DNA of 41,096 bases from a virus: UHGV virus genome UHGV-0211178. One strand, written 5' to 3'. The position numbers were made by a program, and so were the translations under genes. Below are positions 35,210 to 41,096 of this stretch, piece by piece. How positions within the stretch are numbered: the stretch's first letter is position 1; the number at the start of each line of letters is the position of its first letter. The notes below the pieces were generated by a model. It did no database searches, had not been told where the DNA came from, and was given only the letters and a program-made list of their open reading frames with translations.

Positions 35210-36429
35210 ATTTTCACCAACCAATTCATATTATATTCAAAACTGTATTCCGCCGCGTCTATGATGTCGTTGTTGAATGTCCCGTCATCAAGACGCTCGT
35301 TATCCTTTTTATCGCTCCACACTGCCTCTGACAATGCCTTTATCAGTTCATCACATTCACCGCGCACAAACCGCACCCTGTCTGTGGAAAGCAATATTGT
35401 AAGCGCACGTATACGGTCTATAATCGGCTTTTTTATGCTGTTGTACACGTTGTACCGCGTGCGTGCCGATATTGTGTTTATCAGTACCTGCTCCGCACTG
35501 TCGGCATAGATATCCACGTTTTGACCCAAATCCTCCGCACATTCGTCAAAAAAGCCTGTACTCCACAGCACCAAATCCTCCGCCGTCGTCCCCGGCGCAT
35601 TTTTACACCGTGCTTTTGTAAAATACAGTTTCCCGTCCGTACCGATTGCAGAACATACAACCGCGTGCCGTGATTTATTTCCGCCAAAGTCCTCGCCTAT
35701 TGTTGCAGTGTGTACTCTCGGCAAGTCCTTCCGCTCAATCATATATTGTTCCGCTCCGTTTGCCAGCTGCGGATATATAAGCCCCTCCGCGACTACCCAT
35801 TCGCCAAGGATAAACCGCCTGTAAAACACTCCGCCGCTGTATTCTGCTTTTATCTGCTCTATATACTCGGGCGGAAGTGTCGTATTGTCATCAATCAGGA
35901 ACTGCATTATAAACATATCCAGTTCCTTCTGCCTGTCCATGTAGTTCTTTTTCAGCCAATGATTCGGGCTGTCGGGGTTTGTCGTGCCGAAAAGCTTTGC
36001 GCCGTTCTCTGACAGACGTGACAGAAGCATTGCAAAAAAGTCCTCTGTAAAGAGAGTTAACTCGTCACAATACGCCCCCTGCAATGTCATACCTCGGATT
36101 TTGCTTTCCGCTCTTGCGTCGCTCACCCCTTCAAGATATATCTTTCTGCCGAACAGCCACGCTTGTTTCATGGACAGCGAATACTGAAAATTATTCTTTC
36201 CGACAAGGCTTTCCAAAAGGTCAAGACAGTTACGCTTGAGAGATGTCAGCGTCTTTGCCACCATAAGATATGACTTGTCTTTCGGAGAATCAGCCACCCA
36301 AAACGCCCACAATACAAGACTTATCCATGTTTTTCCGCTTCTCACGCTCCCGTGCAGAATGTTCAGTCTGCAAAGCCTGTTTTCCTTAAACACTCTCAGC
36401 AACTCCGCTTGTTTTGCTGTGTATATCAT
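35206..36429 (-). CDS. terL: Terminase large subunit (PBSX-type)
   Basis: GSVRSGKT, YCDE, TTNPDSPNHW, RFILGEWV, D..DA.EY. Confidence 0.95.
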   Translation of the reverse strand: MIYTAKQAELLRVFKENRLCRLNILHGSVRSGKTWISLVLWAFWVADSPKDKSYLMVAKTLTSLKRNCLDLLESLVGKNNFQYSLSMKQAWLFGRKIYLEGVSDARAESKIRGMTLQGAYCDELTLFTEDFFAMLLSRLSENGAKLFGTTNPDSPNHWLKKNYMDRQKELDMFIMQFLIDDNTTLPPEYIEQIKAEYSGGVFYRRFILGEWVVAEGLIYPQLANGAEQYMIERKDLPRVHTATIGEDFGGNKSRHAVVCSAIGTDGKLYFTKARCKNAPGTTAEDLVLWSTGFFDECAEDLGQNVDIYADSAEQVLINTISARTRYNVYNSIKKPIIDRIRALTILLSTDRVRFVRGECDELIKALSEAVWSDKKDNERLDDGTFNNDIIDAAEYSFEYNMNWLVKI

Positions 36430-36800
36430 ATCTGTTTCAATCCTTTCAGCAGCTCTTCAAGCATTCCGGCGCCGTTTTCTTCCTCGGGCTTATCCAGTCC
36501 AAGCATACGTGCCATAACTTCCAGTGCCTTGATTTTGTCCCTTGTGCTTATATTGTCCATATCGAGGTCTGCAAACCCGATTGTCTTTAACTGGTCTACG
36601 ATATCGGCACGTGTTATTTCCGCGCGCTCCTGTCCCTCTTTTTGCCGTTTTTGTATATATTCTTGTATGTCAGGTTTTGTCAAGTTTTCACTTGCTATGC
36701 GATTCGCTGTTTTCTCTGAATATCCTGCGCGTATCGCCGCCTGTGTTGCGTTTAAATCAATCAAGTATTCTTCACAAAATTTTTTCTGTCTGTCGGTCAA
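36426..36800 (-). CDS. terS: Terminase small subunit
   Basis: QKKFCEEYLIDLNATQAAIRAGYSEKTA. Confidence 0.96.
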   Translation of the reverse strand: MTDRQKKFCEEYLIDLNATQAAIRAGYSEKTANRIASENLTKPDIQEYIQKRQKEGQERAEITRADIVDQLKTIGFADLDMDNISTRDKIKALEVMARMLGLDKPEEENGAGMLEELLKGLKQI

Positions 36801-36888
36801 GCCTCACCACCTCGCTTTATATTTTTACTGCCAAGCCCCGCCCCGCTTTTTCTCATGCATGCAGTATGTTTTCCCGTTTTTTCCCACG

Positions 36889-36916
36889 AAAAAAGACACC
36901 CCGAAGAGTGTCTTTC
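36889..36916 (-). terminator. Hairpin in the late leader (possible attenuator)
   Basis: AAAGACAC-CCCGAAGA-GTGTCTTT, about 45 nt downstream of the late promoter. Confidence 0.55.
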
Positions 36917-36966
36917 TCGATTTTAATTTACAAAAGGAAATGTTTTTTATACCTTTCCACGATACA

Positions 36967-36995
36967 AGTATAGCACATATGGCGCTTTGTGTCAA
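36967..36995 (-). promoter_or_regulatory. Late (packaging operon) promoter candidate
   Basis: TTGACA-N17-TATACT with extended TG, upstream of terS. Confidence 0.7.
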
Positions 36996-37060
36996 TAGTT
37001 TTTTTGAAATTCATACAAGATATTGTGGTAAAAATTTTTTAAAAAAATATAAAAAAAGGC

Positions 37061-37089
37061 TTGACATATGTGTACATATATGTTATAAT
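37061..37089 (+). promoter_or_regulatory. Consensus sigmaA promoter with an 18/20 palindromic operator
   Basis: TTGACA-N17-TATAAT; ACATATGTGTACATATATGT at 37064-37083. Confidence 0.85.
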
Positions 37090-37114
37090 AGTATCATAGA
37101 GAGGAGGTGAGAGA

Positions 37115-37219
37115 GTGAAACGAAATAAAAAAAGTGACAAGGTTGCGCTAATCAACCTCATCACTGCACTGATTAACTTAATAGCTTTAATAATAAGGCT
37201 GTTAAGTGAGGGGAGATAA
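37115..37219 (+). CDS. 34-aa hydrophobic peptide (type I toxin-like)
   Basis: MKRNKKSDKVALINLITALINLIALIIRLLSEGR; RBS AGGAGGTG; GTG start. Confidence 0.8.
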   Translation: MKRNKKSDKVALINLITALINLIALIIRLLSEGR

Positions 37220-37246
37220 TCCCCTCCCCCTTTTGGGGTCATTCAT

Positions 37247-37275
37247 ATTATACCATTTTCGTTTCATAAAGTCAA
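37247..37275 (-). promoter_or_regulatory. Antisense promoter facing the peptide gene
   Basis: TTGACT-N17-TATAAT with extended TG. Confidence 0.7.
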
Positions 37276-37361
37276 TGAAAAAATTAACTTTTATTTTAGC
37301 AGTTGTTGCCCTTGCACTGTCAATCGTTAATCTTGCCATAACTATAAAGGAGGTTTTATAA
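37275..37361 (+). CDS. 28-aa hydrophobic peptide
   Basis: MKKLTFILAVVALALSIVNLAITIKEVL; stop overlaps the next ATG; no clear RBS. Confidence 0.55.
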   Translation: MKKLTFILAVVALALSIVNLAITIKEVL

Positions 37362-37540
37362 TGGCTGCCAACACATCGTCAAAGGTGATTCAACGGTACA
37401 AAAATAAGGTTTACAAGCGTGTCGTTGCTGACCTTCCCAAAGACCTTGTTGCGCGCTGGGAAGAAAAACTGGAGGCCGATAATATCGGCAAGTCCGAATT
37501 TATCAGAAATGCCATAAAGGAGTATCTGGGTGAGGCTTAA
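37361..37540 (+). CDS. Ribbon-helix-helix DNA-binding protein (59 aa)
   Basis: YKRVVADLPKD....W...L...NIGKSEFIRNAIKEYL; RBS AAGGAGG. Confidence 0.85.
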   Translation: MAANTSSKVIQRYKNKVYKRVVADLPKDLVARWEEKLEADNIGKSEFIRNAIKEYLGEA

Positions 37541-37558
37541 GCCTCGCCCTTTTACTTT
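37528..37558 (+). terminator. Intrinsic terminator
   Basis: GGGTGAGGC-TTAA-GCCTCGCCC then TTTTACTTT. Confidence 0.8.
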
Positions 37559-37970
37559 ATATGCAATATGGTGCAACCGCACGCAGAGCCGCTTTTTTTA
37601 TTTCACCGCGCGCATTATTACTGCTTGAAAGGTTCAGCTTATTGGCTATATACCCCCATTCTTTAAATTCCAGATACCTCATTCGCAACAACTCGCGGTA
37701 TGTGTAGCTTTCAACCTTGTTAATTGCCCGTTCAACCTCATCTCTTATGTAAATAAAATCGTCAATCGCCTGGTTTATCTTTTCCGCATAGTCGGCATAA
37801 GCAATCATTTTGTCCTCTGTAGCATTTGTTTGGCTCGTCTGCACTCTTTCACTGCCCGTATCAATTGCACTGCCGCAGAGCGAATTTAAGGCTCGCATGC
37901 GTTCAAATTCAAGGTCGTATACATTTTGGTCTGCCTTATACACCCTCTGCAACCATTCTTCCGTTGTCAC
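37557..37970 (-). CDS. ArpU/RinA-like (DUF1492-type) late transcription regulator
   Basis: ERVQTS, I.KV....YRELL.MRYL..KEW..IA..L; last early gene before terS. Confidence 0.82.
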   Translation of the reverse strand: MTTEEWLQRVYKADQNVYDLEFERMRALNSLCGSAIDTGSERVQTSQTNATEDKMIAYADYAEKINQAIDDFIYIRDEVERAINKVESYTYRELLRMRYLEFKEWGYIANKLNLSSSNNARGEIKKAALRAVAPYCI

Positions 37971-37974
37971 CTTA

Positions 37975-38265
37975 TCACCCTTTCTGAAATTTCGGACATG
38001 CTTTCACATAGAATCCGCCCTTATATATTTTTGACGGTTCTACTGTCCACCCCTTGACAGGTTTATACTTGCAACCGCCTATCGCATGTTTGCAGTCAAA
38101 ACATATTGATACGTGTCCGTTGTTTGGTTTTCCGACTTTTCTTGTAATATAGCGTTCATAACCTGCCGAATCACGGCAACGTCCGCTACAATACTTTTGC
38201 CGACAGTTTTTACGTATAAATTCTTTACCGCATCGTGGGCATACAACAAACAAATTATCCATCAC
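37975..38265 (-). CDS. Cys-rich Zn-finger protein
   Basis: CPRCGKEF...QKYCS.RC; CFDC...C...PV.GW...CP.F. Confidence 0.8.
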   Translation of the reverse strand: MMDNLFVVCPRCGKEFIRKNCRQKYCSGRCRDSAGYERYITRKVGKPNNGHVSICFDCKHAIGGCKYKPVKGWTVEPSKIYKGGFYVKACPKFQKG

Positions 38266-38354
38266 TCACCGCCCGCAATCGCCAAAAACATAACCGCCGC
38301 ACCGAATATGAATCCCCCGGCTACACCCAACACACCTACTAATAATGTCACCAT
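38262..38354 (-). CDS. 30-aa membrane peptide
   Basis: MVTLLVGVLGVAGGFIFGAAVMFLAIAGGE; RBS GGAGGG; overlaps both neighbours. Confidence 0.65.
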   Translation of the reverse strand: MVTLLVGVLGVAGGFIFGAAVMFLAIAGGE

Positions 38355-38830
38355 GCTTTTCCCTCCATTTCCTTCAAAAGGTTGTCAATCTCATAGCTTT
38401 TGACAACACCATACTTAAACTTCCCGTATGTTGTGTTTGTACCCATGCCCAATAATTTATCTTTCAGGCGCTCTGCAAACTCTTTTATTGCCTCGGATTT
38501 TATTTCGTTATCAAGTCTTGATATGACGGTTTCTTTAATGCTTTCAAAATCTTCTATTGTAAAAGTGAATGTTACTCCTCTTTTCAAATTTTCAATCTCT
38601 GCCTTTGCTTCTTCAAGTTGCCTTGTACAGTCTACAAACAATTCTCTTGCATCTTTTTCGTGCCTTTCTGCAATAATCTTATCGGAACGCAGTTCTTCAT
38701 TCTCTGCCTTTTGGCGGTTGATGAAGTTAATTGCATTGTTTAATGCTGTAAAAGTTTCCATATCAATATCGCCATCGCTGAGAGCACCTTTTGCGATTTC
38801 CAAAGCCTTTATAATCTGTTCATCTGTCAT
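38348..38830 (-). CDS. Hypothetical coiled-coil phage protein
   Basis: MTD..IIKALE, INRQKAE, SEAIKEFAERLK, IDNLLKEM. Confidence 0.85.
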   Translation of the reverse strand: MTDEQIIKALEIAKGALSDGDIDMETFTALNNAINFINRQKAENEELRSDKIIAERHEKDARELFVDCTRQLEEAKAEIENLKRGVTFTFTIEDFESIKETVISRLDNEIKSEAIKEFAERLKDKLLGMGTNTTYGKFKYGVVKSYEIDNLLKEMEGKAW

Positions 38831-39005
38831 TTTGTATCACCTCCACGCATTTAACTAAATTTCTACGTATACATGTTCCCTTTCCGTGTTCGTCATTCAG
38901 TTCTTCGTAATAATAAAAATTGGATTTATGTGTAGAAACATCGGAAAATCGTTTAATTATTATTTCTTGTTGCGTATTATCGGTATATAAAATTTGTAAT
39001 TTCAT
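38820..39005 (-). CDS. Hypothetical phage protein
   Basis: Start MKLQIL after RBS GGAG; packed in the operon. Confidence 0.7.
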   Translation of the reverse strand: MKLQILYTDNTQQEIIIKRFSDVSTHKSNFYYYEELNDEHGKGTCIRRNLVKCVEVIQNDR

Positions 39006-39187
39006 TACTCCGCCTCCTTTTCTAACCATGCCCTAACACCATACTCACAATCATCACTGCAGGCGTAATTATCGTCATATATGCAACGCTTACAATCACT
39101 GCCAAATCCATTGTCTATTATCATTTGCGTCATATCTTCAACCGTCATGTTCTTTATCTGCTTTTTTATTCTCTCAAAATTTGTCAT
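39005..39187 (-). CDS. Small Cys-containing phage protein
   Basis: MTNFERIK...MTVE.M...CxxC...C...C...WLE.E. Confidence 0.8.
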   Translation of the reverse strand: MTNFERIKKQIKNMTVEDMTQMIIDNGFGSDCKRCIYDDNYACSDDCEYGVRAWLEKEAE

Positions 39188-39845
39188 GTTCCGCCCCAAT
39201 TCCTTTCTCTAAATGTTCGACATTATATCCATAATCTCTCAGCTTGTATATGATTTCTCCTACAGACTTTCGCCCAAGATTACGGATATTTATAATTTCA
39301 TCATAGCTTAATTTAGATAGTTTGCTAAGAGAATCAACACCGTGTCTTTTTATGCAATTGTACGTTCGCACCGAAAAATCACAGTTTTCTATCAGCTCGC
39401 CCTTGTACTTTTCTCTAAGTTTTACATCATGAATTACCTCATCTGCCTTTGCTTCGTTAAGCTTACATAACTCAATCAGGCGGTTTTCTATATCCATAAC
39501 CCGATTGAGATATTCTTCACGATTCATTTCCATTACTCCACTCACACCGCATTTAAGATATTTCAATCTCTGTGGGTGTCGTAATTTTCGCAACGCTCTC
39601 TGCTCAATTTGCCGTATGCGTTCACGGGTTACACTGTACAATTTTCCGATTTCTTCATAGGTCATCAAATCCTCAAATCTGTATTTCAGTATTTGCCTTT
39701 CCTTGTCAAGCAATGTAAATAACGTATATTCCACACTGCCGTTTAAATCTATAATTGTATCAGTATTTTCGAGCATTTTTTCATCTTCAAACACTGCATA
39801 CAACAAATTCAGCGGATATTCCATTTCCTTTTTTACTGTGTTCAT
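39174..39845 (-). CDS. Sigma70 region 4 / RNA polymerase alpha-CTD fusion protein
   Basis: TYEEIG...VTRERIRQIEQRALRKLRHP (SigA 4.2-like) and IE..DFSVRTYNCIKR.G...IRNLGRKS..EI (RpoA CTD-like). Confidence 0.9.
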   Translation of the reverse strand: MNTVKKEMEYPLNLLYAVFEDEKMLENTDTIIDLNGSVEYTLFTLLDKERQILKYRFEDLMTYEEIGKLYSVTRERIRQIEQRALRKLRHPQRLKYLKCGVSGVMEMNREEYLNRVMDIENRLIELCKLNEAKADEVIHDVKLREKYKGELIENCDFSVRTYNCIKRHGVDSLSKLSKLSYDEIINIRNLGRKSVGEIIYKLRDYGYNVEHLEKGIGAEHDKF

Positions 39846-40285
39846 CTTTCCACCTCCACAAATTCGGAATTATCGTGAATATTGCCGATTACTTCAATGT
39901 CTGTAAAATAGCATATATCATTACGCAAACCAAGCCTTAAAACTTTTTTTGTCATACTATCAAATCCGTCAAGATAATATCCCATATAGCCATAATTTTC
40001 ATCGTTTGCAACGCCGCCACATTTTCCGAATTCTACAAAAAAGATATATCCGTCTGCTTTAACAATATCATTTTCAAATATCAGCTTGCCGTTCTTATCG
40101 TCCAAGCCTGTAAATTGTCCGACTGTTTCGGTGATAACCTCATATCGTTCCCAATTAAAATTTTTATTTATAATGCCTAATTTGCCGCTGAAAATATAGC
40201 AGTGTTTGCCATTACAAACATAATAGCCCGTCACCCACTCGTTGTTATCTTTACGCTTTGCTTTGCATATGTATCTGTTATTCAT
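39842..40285 (-). CDS. YopX-family protein
   Basis: KAKRKDN.EWV.G, TVGQFTGL.DKNGK.IFENDIV, EVIGNIHDN. Confidence 0.92.
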   Translation of the reverse strand: MNNRYICKAKRKDNNEWVTGYYVCNGKHCYIFSGKLGIINKNFNWERYEVITETVGQFTGLDDKNGKLIFENDIVKADGYIFFVEFGKCGGVANDENYGYMGYYLDGFDSMTKKVLRLGLRNDICYFTDIEVIGNIHDNSEFVEVER

Positions 40286-40625
40286 TTTCGTCTACCTCCG
40301 CAAGCCAATATTTATCCATACACTGTGGGCAGCTAACGTTTGCACAACCGTGCATATAATCATACTCAACTGAATTTGGACAAATAACAATTCGCCCTTC
40401 TGCATTTGTTTTGGCTTTCGGGAACATCTTCAAAAATCTATCCTGCCTTGTTTCAACAGGGTGCTCTTTGCACCAGTTGAGTATTATTTCGCTGGCTTTG
40501 TCAACCTGAGTATTATCCATGATACAAAAAGTGCACACTTCGTTCCACATTGGGCAATCTGGGCAATTAGTATGATACGTTCTACACATCCTCGCATAAT
40601 CAAATATCGTTGCTGTTTTTTTCAT
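40278..40625 (-). CDS. Cys-rich hypothetical phage protein
   Basis: RMC...CPDCP, W.KEHP..TRQ..FLKMFP.A, CPQC..KYW. Confidence 0.85.
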   Translation of the reverse strand: MKKTATIFDYARMCRTYHTNCPDCPMWNEVCTFCIMDNTQVDKASEIILNWCKEHPVETRQDRFLKMFPKAKTNAEGRIVICPNSVEYDYMHGCANVSCPQCMDKYWLAEVDENE

Positions 40626-40628
40626 GTT

Positions 40629-41096
40629 TCACACCTCAATCCCCGTAATCTTTTTAAACTTTGCTTTGTTAAAATTCGGTATAGTCAAAAACTCCGCTTT
40701 CTCTTTATCACTGTATTTATCCCACCATATTTTGCATGCTCCTTTAAAGGTGTATTTCTTCAAATATCCGCCAATAAGCTCTTTTTCTTTATTCGCTTTT
40801 TTCTCTTCTTCGGTATACGTAACCCACTCCGTCAAAGTAAAATTATGTTTTACAAGCAATCTATAATATTTTGAGTTGTAAAACTCTGATACAGTCATAT
40901 CTGTTTCTATATCAAATATTCGCGCTTTTGGTTCTTCTGTGCAAAAGAAACCTGCGGAGTAACTGCATATATTAAACATGCCTGTGTTATAGTTGCCTGT
41001 GTTACAGTCGCCTGTGTTACGGTAGCCTGTGTTACGGTCGCCTGTGTTATAGTTGCCTGTGTTACAGTCGCCTGTGTTATAGTTGCCTGTGTTATA
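40629..41096 (-). CDS. 3' part of the NTG-pentapeptide-repeat protein (continuation of 399..1)
   Basis: Open from the window edge: YNTGNYNTGDCNTGN...NTGMFN...GFFCTEEP...GGYLK...IPNF....FK.ITGI. Confidence 0.88.
   Translation of the reverse strand, partial: YNTGNYNTGDCNTGNYNTGDRNTGYRNTGDCNTGNYNTGMFNICSYSAGFFCTEEPKARIFDIETDMTVSEFYNSKYYRLLVKHNFTLTEWVTYTEEEKKANKEKELIGGYLKKYTFKGACKIWWDKYSDKEKAEFLTIPNFNKAKFKKITGIEV
40980..41096. repeat. 15-bp tandem repeat, 8 variant units
   Basis: GCCTGTGTT every 15 bp from 40980 to 41085. Confidence 0.98.

Larger units (their letters stand above)
1..41096. mobile_element. Apparently complete temperate siphovirus genome (circular/excised form), Clostridia-type host
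   Basis: Lysogeny, replication, packaging, head, tail and lysis modules are all present and no host genes are seen. Both ends lie in the same 15-bp repeat and join in frame. An attP-like site lies between integrase and lysin. Confidence 0.93.

Noticed and set aside
37039..37582. Minus-strand ORFs 37039-37242 and 37379-37582 from the track
   Set aside because: The plus-strand peptide and RHH genes have RBSs, a promoter and a terminator. The minus frames are shadows, though the first overlaps the predicted antisense RNA.
40980..41096. Terminal 15-bp repeats as a CRISPR array
   Set aside because: The units are contiguous with no spacers, encode in-frame NTGxx repeats, and no cas genes are present.
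40980..41096. AAC->GAC/TAC and TAT->TGT variation as DGR adenine mutagenesis
   Set aside because: No reverse transcriptase or TR/VR pair was found, and CGT units also need a T->C change. Ordinary repeat divergence explains it.
1..41096. tRNA genes, introns/inteins, alternative genetic code
   Set aside because: No cloverleaf was noticed in the short intergenic gaps, and core genes are uninterrupted and of normal length in code 11. Checked by eye only.

Overview
The window looks like one complete, circular temperate siphovirus genome (41.1 kb) of a Clostridia-type Firmicutes host. It is opened inside a 15-bp tandem repeat: the gene running off position 1 continues in frame at position 41096. 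Most genes are on the minus strand. The early/replication arm encodes Cro, SPFH, LysM, a pentapeptide-repeat protein, Gp157, Sak4-like ATPase, SSB, DUF927 helicase, an iteron-rich origin, an SF2 helicase, VRR-NUC, YopX, a sigma70-region-4/RpoA-CTD fusion and an ArpU/RinA-like late regulator. The late arm encodes TerS, TerL, portal, a MuF-like minor capsid protein with a C-terminal toxin-like domain plus two immunity-like genes, scaffold, capsid, A118-like head-tail and tail genes, holin and an M15 endolysin. The plus-strand lysogeny module holds a CI/ImmR-like repressor, a membrane-anchored ImmA protease, two envelope proteins and a large serine integrase followed by an intact attP-like inverted repeat. 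Most notable: (1) a perfect sigmaA promoter hidden at the MuF core/toxin junction, pointing at an immunity array with a relic toxin tail; (2) the sigma4-alphaCTD fusion; (3) an ImmA with a transmembrane helix and outer Zn-binding domain; (4) a 43-aa moron behind NrdR-like boxes; (5) a peptide/antisense-RNA/RHH cassette; (6) a membrane protein with minor-capsid-like motifs. Family assignments come from motif recognition and gene context only; no database search was run.
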